NCBI GenBank assembly: GCA_002269645.1
Contig: NIVC01003756.1
Location: forward strand, 1-29,953
DNA: 29,953 bases
Direction of reading: 5' to 3'
Source: Macrostomum lignano
Lineage: Eukaryota
How positions within the stretch are numbered: position 1 is the first letter of the stretch; the number at the start of each line of letters is the position of its first letter. Below the pieces are notes generated by a model. That model saw only the letters and a list, made by a program, of their open reading frames with translations, was not told the DNA's origin and searched no databases. Below, one piece after another: positions 1 through 9,979 of the stretch. Both the position numbers and the translations under genes were made by a program.

Positions 1-99
1 CGGGCTCCTCACATTCGATGTACAGCCGGAAGCGGCTGAGCAAGCTGCGCAATTCGGGTCGGACACCCAGTAGCTCCCGTTTCAATCCATAGACGACAG
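1..99 (-). CDS. MCMDC2: MCMDC2-like continuation carrying the MCM arginine-finger motif (different frame from exon 4; gene probably runs off the window)
   Basis: Frame starting at 100 reads AVVYGLKRELLGVRPELRSLLSRFRLYIECEEP. LLSRFRL (SRF at 37-29) matches the MCM LLSRFDL motif, and IECEE resembles INCNE of MCMDC2. It is preceded by a CAG at 102-100. Confidence 0.65.
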
Positions 100-137
100 C
101 TGATCGTCAACGTCGGCTTGATCGTTGCCATAGCAAC

Positions 138-369
138 CATCGGCTTCCGGCGCCACTCGACGACCGCAGGCGGCTCGTTCAAGCAGGCCGAGAATGCCGC
201 AGAGCAGCGCGCGGTCCGAGCGGACAACGGGCGGGTTGGGCGCTGCGGCCATTCCGGCCTCCATAGCCCAGGCCAAGCTGTGCAGGTCCGGAGTTCGCAT
301 CCCCGCCAGATAAGGGAACACGGCCAAGTTGCCGGGACCGGCCAGGGCGAGAGTGCCCGCTTCCGCTGC
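138..369 (-). CDS. MCMDC2: MCMDC2-like exon 4 (3' boundary uncertain; without splicing the frame stops at 82)
   Basis: Pyrimidine tract plus GACAG acceptor at 370, phase 0. AEAGTLALAGPGNLAVF...DLHSLAWAMEAG resembles IQAGSALLAKGGICFIG...KLEQLQTVLESR. The Walker B position is degenerate. Confidence 0.7.
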
Positions 370-480
370 CTGTCGGATGGGAGGTGAAAATAATTACAAT
401 AGCTGCGTAATGCCTACTCTTGGGAATTTGAGATTGGGTGGAAATTCGATTCTTCAAAATTGACAATAAATCAGATTTCT

Positions 481-690
481 AATAAATGGCAGTCCATTCC
501 TAGAAACATGACAATAAATGGCAGTCCATTCCTGGAAACATGGCAATAAATGGCAGTCCATTCCTGGAAACATGGCAATAAATGGCAGTCCATTCCTAGA
601 AACATGGCAATAAATGGCAGTCCATTCCTAGAAACATGGCAATAAATGGCAGTCCATTCCTAGAAACATGACAATAAATGACAGTCCACA
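481..690. repeat. 32-bp minisatellite (about 6.5 copies) in MCMDC2 intron 3
   Basis: Unit AATAAATGGCAGTCCATTCCTAGAAACATGGC read directly; period 32 (481, 513, ...). Confidence 0.95.
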
Positions 691-783
691 ATTTTTTCCT
701 AAGGATATAAGAATAGCCAAAAAAAATCATATTCCTACAAACATTCAAAAGTTCAGTAATTTTTCTGATTATCCCTGCCTCAC

Positions 784-1138
784 CTGGGCGGCGGGCCCCC
801 ACCAGGGCAGCTTGGCGGCCAGAGCGGCGGCAACCGGCACGCCGCTACGGTGAACGACGCAGGCGTCGCCAAGAGCGGCGGTCAGAGACTGCAACAGGCA
901 ATGTACCGAATTATAATCGCCAGGCGACATAATGCATAGCGACACTGGTCGCAGTCTCTCCGCTTCATCAACGCAATTGTATTGATCGTCGCCTACAGCG
1001 GCCAGCAGTTGCATCAGGATGGCGAGTTTGACGGTCATCCAGGAGCCCGGGGGGCTGGCGTCAGCGCACAGGTAGAAGGCCGCATGCAGGGCGGCGCCGT
1101 ACCGACTGCCCGACAGGTCGTCTTGAATGTGCAGCGGC
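784..1138 (-). CDS. MCMDC2: MCMDC2-like exon 3 (start of degenerate AAA+ domain)
   Basis: CTTACAG acceptor at 1139 (phase 2) and CAG|GTGAGG donor at 783 (phase 0). ASPPGSWMTVKLAILMQLL resembles ITPPGTYNLLKLCLLMSLV. The Walker A position reads VSLCIMSPGDYNS and lacks GK[ST]. Confidence 0.8.
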
Positions 1139-1339
1139 CTGTAAGTAGTGGGTGCGGTAAATGGGGTTGGGATGGGTCTTGGAAGCAAGCGAGAGTTGGA
1201 GAAACTAATTTACTATGAGAATTATACTGGCTTATTACAGTAGCCAGTGAGATTCATTTTTAATCTCCCGATGGGATCACAGTATCCCTGTTATGTTATG
1301 TTAAACTGAAACGGAAGCACGAGAATTGACTGCAGACGA

Positions 1340-1700
1340 TTTAGGTTAGGTTGGGGTTATGGTTTAGGTTAAGTTGGGGTTTAGGTTAGGGTTTGGGTAG
1401 GGTTGGGGTTATGGATTACGTCAGGTTGTGGGTCAGGGTTTAGGTTAGGTTAGGGTTTTGGTTTAGTCTTAGATTAGGGTTTATGTTTAGGGTTAGGGTT
1501 TAGGCTAGGTAGGGTTTTGGTTTAGGGTTTAGGTTTAGGGCTTAGGGTTTAGGTTTAGGGTTCAGGTTTAGGGTTCAGGTTTAGGCTTTAGGCTAGATTA
1601 GGGTTTAGGTCTAGGGTTAGGGTTTACGCTGGGTTAGGGTTTAGATTAGGGTTTAGACTAGGTTCGGGTTAGTTTAGGGTTAGATTTAGGATTAGGTTCG
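1340..1700 (+). repeat. Degenerate telomere-like (TTAGGG/TTTAGGG/TTTAGG) array in MCMDC2 intron 2
   Basis: Many TTAGGG and TTTAGG(G) variants on the + strand. Bracketed by inverted repeats CACGAGAATTGACTGC (1318-1333) and GCAGTCAACTCGTG (1701-1714). Confidence 0.85.
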
Positions 1701-1786
1701 GCAGTCAACTCGTGGCAGTCAAATTGTGACTAGTCAATTATCATAGATCCAACTGGAACACCCCAATTCAACTCTCTCAGACTCAC

Positions 1787-2184
1787 CTGACATCAGGCCC
1801 GTCCATTAGCTCACTCAGCACCGGTTCGCAGTCGACAATCTCAAAATGGCAGCCCTGGCCGACAGCGTCCGCCACTGGCAGGCCGATGAGGCGGCAACGC
1901 CGGCCAAGCGCCAGCTGCCTAATCAGCCGGTTGCCAATAGCAACGCATCGGATTGGACGGCGAATGCCAGAACTGGCCGGCTGGTTAGGCAGGGCGATGG
2001 CCAGCAGTCGCGGCGACTGCACCCGGCCGGCGGCAATTTCGGACATGACCGAGCCGCAAGCCGGACAGGGAACGCTGGGCGCACCAGATGTGGACTCGGG
2101 CATTGATATGGCGGTTGCTAAGGCGTATCCAGGGCGACGCTGCAGCATCAGGGAGCTGCAGCCGCCGCTGGCGTCTTTACTATG

Positions 2185-2220
<36 letters not shown>

Positions 2221-2314
2221 TTTGGCATCAGCGTCATTGTTTTCGTTGCAGTCGTCGTTCTTCCGGACCAGAGCCACTGGACATTGCGGATCGCGGCACT
2301 CAAATCGAATGGCT
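1787..2314 (-). CDS. MCMDC2: MCMDC2-like exon 2 (zinc-finger/OB-fold region)
   Basis: TTGCAG acceptor at 2315 (phase 2) and AG|GTGAGT donor at 1786 (phase 2); 528 nt. AIRFECRDPQCP resembles GARFLCSDEACP, CPACGSVMSE resembles CNLCASSLQE, and RQLALGRRCRLIGLP resembles NKMNIGNEYKIIGIP of MCMDC2. Confidence 0.8.
2183..2220. repeat. (ATC)n trinucleotide run encoding poly-Asp inside MCMDC2 exon 2
   Basis: A GATCATCATC... run on + translates as a run of about 11 D in the minus-strand frame. Confidence 0.9.
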
Positions 2315-2346
2315 CTGCAATGCGCGAGTTTCAATGCTTTTAGACT

Positions 2347-2826
2347 GCTGAATCGGCTTCTATAGGGTGCTGAATTGGCTTCTATAGGGTGCTGAATTGG
2401 CTTCTATAGGGTGCTGAATTGGCTTCTATAGGGTGCTGAATTGGCTTCTATAGGGTGCTGAATTGGCTTCTATAGGGTATTGAACTGGCTTCTATAGGGT
2501 ATTGAATTGGCTTCTATAGGGTGCTGAATTGGCTTCTATAGGGTATTGAATTGGCTTCTATAGGGTGCTGAATTGGCTTCTATAGGGTGCTGAATCGGCT
2601 TCTATAGGGTATTGAATTGGCTTCTATAGGGTGCTGAATTGGCTTCTATAGGGTGATGAATTGGCTTCTATAGGGTGCTGAATTGGCTTCTATAGGGTGC
2701 TGAATTGGCTTCTATAGGGTGATGAATTGGCTTCTATAGGGTGCTGAATTGGCTTCTATAGGGTGCTGAATTGGCTTCTATAGGGTGATGAATTGGCTTT
2801 ATAGGGTGCTGAATTGGCTTCTATAA
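2347..2826. repeat. 22-bp minisatellite (about 22 copies) filling MCMDC2 intron 1
   Basis: Unit GCTGAATTGGCTTCTATAGGGT repeated with few substitutions. Confidence 0.97.
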
Positions 2827-2877
2827 GGTGAGAATAAGCAAATCGCAATGAGAACCGCCCCCACCCCGCAGACATAC

Positions 2878-3341
2878 CTATCGCACAGCGCCGTCTCATC
2901 AACGCAGACAATCTGACAGTCGAGGCAGCTCAACCGGCAAGCCGAGTGCGCATCTGTTTAGCGCTGGCAACCCGGCTGCGGCGCCGGGAAACTGAAAGAT
3001 TCTGGGCAGAACCAGCAGTTGGCCGGCAGCGGGCTGCGGCCTATGCTGGCTGTGGTAGCTGAGCAGAGCAGACTGGCAATAGCGTCAATACAGCCAGCAA
3101 AGTCTGTTATAAACAGTTGGGCCAGCATCGGCTGAGACTCGGCAAGCAGAGGAAAATCGATGGGTACGCAGACTTCCTTTAGAATCTCGTCCGAGTGGCA
3201 GCGCTCGCACAGGCGGTCAATATCGTCAAGTAGGTCTTGCAAAGTGCCGGCGTAATCAAAGTAAAGCAGCCAGGACTCCTGCTCTTCGGTTTCAGATTCA
3301 GAATCGATGTCGAAATTGAGGGAATCTGGAGATGCGGACAT
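2878..3341 (-). CDS. MCMDC2: MCMDC2-like (MCM domain-containing protein 2) exon 1; contains an in-frame TAA at 2958-2960
   Basis: ATG at 3341. LLYFDYAGTLQDLLDD resembles the human MCMDC2 N-terminus LIYLDRSGGLQKFIDD (recalled). The frame continues past the TAA (TDAHSACRLSCLDCQIVCVDETALCD) to an AG|GTATGT donor at 2877, phase 2, matching the next acceptor. Confidence 0.75.
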
Positions 3342-3399
3342 GTCTCAAGACTGGCAGGAATTGCAAAAGATTTGGTAAGGAAACACCTTATATATACTG

Positions 3400-6300
3400 C
3401 TGTATTATTATACACAAAGACCCAACTAATTCAACAAGTATTTAAGTGATTTATTATAATCTTACTTCTATAGGGAGCACTGGCTTTAGTTCAAAGGCTA
3501 CAAATGAGGGCACTGGCTTCTATTAAAAATGGGGTACTGCAATCTGGCTTCAATCTACTAGGAAAGGCACAGGATTTGGTCTACTAGGAAAGGCCTCGTT
3601 GCCTTATTTATATTATAGTGTTTTGCTCTATCTATCAAGAAATTCCTAAAGCTGGGATGTCAAGGCTTATGTAGGAATTCCTAAGATGTCAAGGCTTATA
3701 GTAGGAATTGCTGAAAGATCAAGGCTGATGGGAAGAATTGCTGAGATGTCAAGGCTAAGAGATGAGAATACAGAAGTTATATACAGTTTATAGGCTTTTC
3801 AAAAAATTATTTTGTTGGCTCCCAATCCAAATAGGGAGGCACTAATGGTAAGTTTAAATGTAAACCATAATTGCACAATATTACTAAATATAATTGTACA
3901 TAATTGCCCTGCTAACAAATTTTCCTCTTTATATAAAAAGGCTTAGGCTCTAATTATAAAACTATTTAATTTTCTAGCTTATTATATTTAATTAATTATG
4001 ATTTTTCTTGATTTTTCTAGATTTTTAGGCTTATAACAGCTAATAAATTCATGGAAACATAAATAGGCCAATTTAACTTTATTTTATGGAGACTAATGAC
4101 TTAACTATCTATATCAACACTATATAGATCTTTGGCCTATTCTAAGGCCAAAAGTAAAGCAATTCATAGTACTTTTAATGCCTTATCAATGCCTTATCTA
4201 TAGCATTGCTTTTTTCTAGGGAAAGTTTGATAACTTCTCTTAGAATAAGAAACTTAAGCAAATAAATGCTATATAAGTTTTTGTTCCCAAATTGCCATAC
4301 AAAGATTTTATCTAAGTGAAAATATTAAAAATATCATAACTAATTTTATATAGTAAACAATGAGATCAGGGACATAGGAGGTGACTTGACTAGGGAGATA
4401 TATCCTTTACCAAATAGCCAAAAAATGTTTCTTTGAAGTTTGCGCTTTTAGGGATATCTTAGGCCTATTTCATTCTAAAGAAAATTTATAGCTATGATTT
4501 TGCATGATATTACCAAAAGCTATATGATGTAAAGAAAATTAGGGCTTAGGCTTTTAAATTTAAAATTCAAAACTTAAACTTTTAAAACTCAAAGTTTTTA
4601 TATTATATTTAAAAAAATAGTAAACTATAAAACATAAAAATTAGCATTATTGGGCCAAAATATCAAGCCAATGTAGGCCTTAATAAACTTTTAAAAATCA
4701 GACTTTTTATTAGTATTATTGAATTGAATTTAATTTAATTTTTTACAAAATTCCTAGGCCCTACTTTTTCGAGCTACTTTTGCAAAAATAGCAAAAAAAT
4801 CTTTTATAGGGGCCTAGTCATCTTGGCTTAGGCCTATGCATTTTTTGGCCTAGGCTTTCTTCATATTGGGATATTGCTGCAAAGTTTTTTATAATAGGCC
4901 TATTAGGCCTAGTTTTATTTGCTGGATAGGGCCTATTCGAGAAAAACTATTTATGTGTATGGCAATGCAGTGCATTTTAGATTAAGCTCGAGACAACTAG
5001 CTTTGATTTGGAGGGTTTCTCTCATTTCTTAGGGGCCTACAACTGCAAGTGATGCCAACGCCAATGGGCAATGGCAATGTCAAATGACAATGCCAATGAA
5101 CAGGGGCATAGCCAAGGGGAGTCATGACCCCCCCCCCAGCCGGCTGATCCAGGCCAAATTTTCAGGCCCCCTCCCCCGTCGCAGAGGCCTAGCACCCTCT
5201 GCCCCCGGTTGCCGCTGTGAGCCTGTGACTGACTGTGACCCCCCCCCCCCAGAAGGAAATCCTGGCTACGCCACTGCCAATGAATGAATGTGGATTCTTC
5301 TGTCGCGCGTGTCGGTACATTAAATATTTACAAATTACTGAAACTGGATTCTGGGATAGAAAATTTAACGGAGCTCGCTTATTACTTCTATAATAGATAA
5401 ACAATAGACTAAATTTAGTTTAGTAAAGCTTTGAAAAAAATCTAGTAAAAACCAGCTAGCAACTTTGAAAAGTTCTCAAGTTCCAGTTTTTTTCTGCGCC
5501 AGTTCCAAGAACAAGAGGGAAATATTAGGTAGCAGCACTTACAGCCTCTCTATTGAAAAACCTATACTTTCAAAAATGACTTTTACAACTCATTTTTTAT
5601 GTTTAGAATTATCTGTTAATAGTTTTATTTTGTTAATGCAACAGATTTTAGAACGCGCGTTTTTTAAACAGCTAAACTTAACAAGTTTCGATGAAATTTG
5701 TATTGGCGACACGACGAGCCTTTGACTGAACTACAGCTACAGGTATACGATGCGGCTTAACCGACCAGGACAATACCGAATAAATTACTTGCTAGTCTAG
5801 GGTCTAACTTTTAGCAGTGTTGTCGAATAAAAATACTTGTAGGTTATAAAAATGTTTATCTGCGAATTTCAACAATGCTGAATTCTATTGACTTACTAGT
5901 ACTAGTACCACCAACTATACCATAAAGCTTTTTAATGATTCCTCTAATATAAGTTATGGGCAAATATGTCCTGCTATCTGCTCTGGCCACCTTAATACTA
6001 TGCCTAAATATTTCTCAGCATAATGTAGAATCTAAAACAAGAGAGACATGTAAGTTCTGTGTGTATCTTTTTGGTTTTTTTAAAAGCATTTTTTTTGTAG
6101 GCCCTATATAATAGTCAAAAATTCAAATTCAAATTGATTGAATTTTGGTAGACTTTGTAAAATTTTAATCATGTTTTTGATAGAAAATAAAGTTAGTAAT
6201 AGTAACATTGATAAAATATTTTTTAAATTCAATATAGGCCCCTAATTTATTTAATCACAGGGGCCTACTATCTTTTGAATAGAATCCACTTTAGTAATAG

Positions 6301-7900
6301 CCACTTTGCCTTTGGTAACAAAGCAGATTTACAACTTTCAACAGTTTATATTTATGGTTATTAATTTTAGCAATAATTAGTTTATTAGTTAACATTTCAA
6401 ATGTCTTCTGCTACATACAGTTAAGTTTTCTAGTTAAACTATATTATAATTTGTTTAAACTTGTGCATTAACTTTATAAAAATTTTAAAGACAAAGAAAA
6501 TTAAACAAAGCTTGCATACATTGAAATTGAAAATTGAAAACAATTAATAAAGAAAACAATAGATTCTGTAATTTTAAGTCATTATTTACTAACTAGATTA
6601 TAGATTATTATGTACATACTACACAATATTTGGTCAATTACAAGGTGTCTTGATGCATCACATATTTGACTTATCTAGAAATTAAAATAGATCAATTAAT
6701 TAAAATACTTTTAAACAAGTAAACACATGCAAGTAAAATTGACTGATTTCACTTATTATATTTTTTGCCTCATTTGCTTGCAGGGTTTTATTTTTTGCTA
6801 AAGACAAGGTGTGAAATCACACCCTGTGCTCAATTTTAAGATGCAATTTTAAGGCTCAAAGTGTAGTTTCTCTTTTTTCTTATTTTAAGGCAGTGCAAAT
6901 GAGGCTTCAATCGAAAAAAGAAAAAATTAGGGTGCATTTGGACACTGCGCATAAAAAGAAACCTAATTTGTTAGGTAATATTTATAGTATAGAAAATATT
7001 TTGTTGATAATAAACTATAATTTTGTAAGTTGTAGCACTTAAAACATTAAATCAAGAGTTTAAGGCTTATAAAAATATGACAATCCTTCTTTTATTTATT
7101 GAAAATTATTTTTACATGTTTTATAAAATAATAAAACATGGCAAGTATAATATGCATAATAAAATAAAATAGATTTACATATGACTATCTATAATTTATC
7201 AGATAGAAAGTTTTAATTAGTATATGTCTTGTATTGTATTGTATATTTATATAATATTTGTTTTATTATGTCTAAAGTACCCAAAGTCTAAAGTATTGGG
7301 TCATTCTACAAGAGGGTCCTATCATGTTTTTGAACTTTAAGCACTTGTAACTTTTAAACCATAATAGATAAAACAAAGCTTTAAAAAGCTATCTATGTCA
7401 AACTTCTAGTTCTATATTTTTTGCATAGCTGCTTATGAATTCTGAAACAACTAAACATATAGCAGAGCCATAAACTATGCTAATGGTCATTTTTAATTAC
7501 CAAACAACTATCAAAATAGTTAATGCTCTGCTCTGGTATGCTCTGGTATAGCTTATATCAATATTAATACTATTAGGCTATACACCTAGGTACACTTTGA
7601 GTGTCATTTTTTAAACTAGCTAGAGTCATTTTTGCCATTCTACTGATTCCTCCTAAGTAAGCACACAAGTGCTTAGATATGTGCAAGTCATATGCATAGA
7701 TTCACACTCATATAGGAGTGTACAGGGCACTAACTTTATTTTTTATTAGCCATGTACTCTTACTGTGCCTTGGGGGTTGGCCCTTAAGGGCATTAACTTA
7801 GCCCCAGTGAAATAAAGTCGTCAGAACTTTATTGCAACACAAAAGCACAAGCGACATAGCAGCTTAGCCAGCTTTTGCACATGTATGCTACTTGGCCTTG
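3400..7900. other. AT-rich, largely CpG-depleted domain between the divergent MCMDC2-like and CUB-LDLa genes
   Basis: Rough hand count of about 5 CpG in 3481-5000. The 5000-5780 segment, which includes the MITE, is an exception with more CpG. Confidence 0.6.
5101..5276. mobile_element. hAT-type MITE, 176 bp
   Basis: TIRs CAGGGGCATAGCCAAG (5101-5116) and CCTGGCTACGCCACTG (5261-5276), 13/16 identical. Perfect 8-bp TSD CCAATGAA at 5093-5100 and 5277-5284. No coding capacity. Confidence 0.85.
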
Positions 7901-8055
7901 ATGCTTGGTACCTTAGCAAATCCCCCATGAGATCCCCCATGATCTCTCTAAGTTGAGATTAAAATGGAATGCACTTTTTTCTATTGTTTCAAATGTGTCA
8001 TTCATTCAGGACAAATAATTCCCAGCCTTTTAAACAATTTACCACCTGGCAACAG

Positions 8056-8419
8056 ATTACCTCACTCGCGACTGTCAGTATCAGAATGGCGCCGCTGGCA
8101 CTGGCAAAGGCGTTATGCGCACCCGAGTCACGTCGGCGCAGATTCTATCCCACCGATTTGGCAAGGAGCCATATCCAGCAAATTTCTCCTGCGAAGTCTA
8201 TTTGTCTACTAGAAGCACAGATCGATTCCTTGTGTGGTTCAACCATCTGTACATACCGGATGTTGACCAAATGTGCGAAAACGTGCTGCACTGTTTCAAT
8301 ACCAACACGCCAATTAGCGAGGGCATGCAGGAGGCTGGCGGCCAGACTGGGCTGTGCAAACGGTCCTATCCTAAGCAGCCGCTTGTTACTACTGCGCACT
8401 ACTTCACGTTTACGTTTAG
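8056..8419 (+). CDS. CUB-domain exon of a CUB-LDLa-TM membrane protein (Neto/SOL-1/LEV-10-like)
   Basis: CAACAG acceptor at 8055 (phase 1) and AG|GTAAGC donor at 8420 (phase 2). YLTRDC...ILSHRFGKEPYPANFSCEVYL...FLVWFNHLYIP...C...GLC...LVTTAHYFTFTF fits the CUB pattern. Confidence 0.7.
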
Positions 8420-8480
8420 GTAAGCGCTTGAGCTTGTTTAGTTTCTCATTGGTAGCTACTTTACCAACTCTAGTCAGTCA

Positions 8481-9138
8481 TTCAGTAGCTACATGAACTA
8501 GACCCACCTCTAAGTCCTTCAGTAGCTACTAGACCCACCTCAAAGTCCTTCAGTAGCTACTAGACCCACCTCTCAAAGTCCTTCAGTAGCTACTAGACCC
8601 ACCTCAAAGTCCTTCAGTAGCTACTAGACCCACCTCTCAAAGTCCTTCAGTAGCTACTAGACCCACCTCAAAGTCCTTCAGTAGCTACTAGACCCACCTC
8701 TCAAAGTCCTTCAGTAGCTACTAGACCCACCTCAAAGTCCTTCAGTAGCTACTAGACCCACCTCTCAAAGTCCTTCAGTAGCTACTAGACCCACCTCAAA
8801 GTCCTTCAGTAGCTACTAGACCCACCTCTCAAAGTCCTTCAGTAGCTACTAGACCCACCTCAAAGTCCTTCAGTAGCTACTAGACCCACCTCTACTAGTC
8901 CTTCAGTAGCTACTAGACCCACCTCAAAGTCCTTCAGTAACTACTAGACCCACCTCTGAAAGTCCTTCAGTAGCTACTAGACCCACCTCAAAGTCCTTCA
9001 GTAGCTACTAGACCCACCTCTCAAAGTCCTTCAGTAGCTACTAGACCCACCTCAAAGTCCTTCAGTAGCTACTAGACCCACCTCTCAAAGTCCTTCAGTA
9101 GCTACTAGACCCACCTCTGAGTCCTTCAGTAGCTACTA
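8481..9138. repeat. 31/33-bp alternating minisatellite (about 20 monomers; 64-bp dimer)
   Basis: Unit CTACTAGACCCACCTC(TC)AAAGTCCTTCAGTAG; periods alternate 31 and 33 (8521, 8552, 8585...). Confidence 0.97.
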
Positions 9139-9979
9139 AGAACATCCTCAGTAATCCTTTAGAAGCCTACCATCCCTAGCCTTCCTAACATGGCTACCTA
9201 CGAGTACTTGCATCAATAGACAATATGTTTATTCCGCAGAAGGCGGAGATAAACAAGTAAAAAATGACTAGAGCAAACAGTTAGGGATGCTGTGTTGAGA
9301 GCTCTAATGGAAAAAATTGGAATGCAAGCTTTTGGCTTGGCAACATTGATTAGGCGTCGGTCAGCGGCTCAGTCTATCTCTTATCCTCTGCTCCTGCCAG
9401 AGACTTTTCTGGTTTCTGCGCAGTCATTCCGTAGCGTCGATATTCGGTTTTCTGGATATACTCGTATGCCTGTTAACAAGAGATTGGGAACTGTGTGCAT
9501 GCAGGAGAGGAGGAAGAGAGTAAGGACTAATACATGGATTTATGGGAAGAAATGAAGTCAGCCGCCTTGAGCCGAGGGATTTCTCCAAGAAAGAAGAGCT
9601 GAGGCTTGCCATAGTTGGTTGGTAGTTCAGGCGCCGCCTTCTGCTTGGTCTGGGTCTGCTATTCTACAGCTCATTCATCTAATTCCTAATAAGAAAACTA
9701 AATTGCCGCCTTCTAGGATGGGTTATTTGATGCTGCTTAATAACTGCTTTTTATTGCTGTCAGGAAAATAGTTCGTTGCTTGCCTCGTTCGTAGACGAGT
9801 GCCCAAAATTTATTACCGTAATAGCTGCGTTTATAGGACTTTTTGGGAACAGTTTATTAAAAATTTTCATCCAAATATAAATCATTTATTGACTTTTCTT
9901 CAATTTATGCTTAGTCTGAAAAATCTAAACCGTAGCATAGACTTACTGCTTTAAAAAACTGTGCCTGGTCCCCAATCGA

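Noticed and set aside
1340-1700. True telomere or chromosome end-fusion site
   Set aside because: The array is short, degenerate, single-orientation and inside a phase-consistent intron.
2958-2960. Nuclear genetic-code reassignment of TAA
   Set aside because: TAA terminates the conserved PRPS ORF at the expected position (18483-18485), so it is a working stop in this genome.
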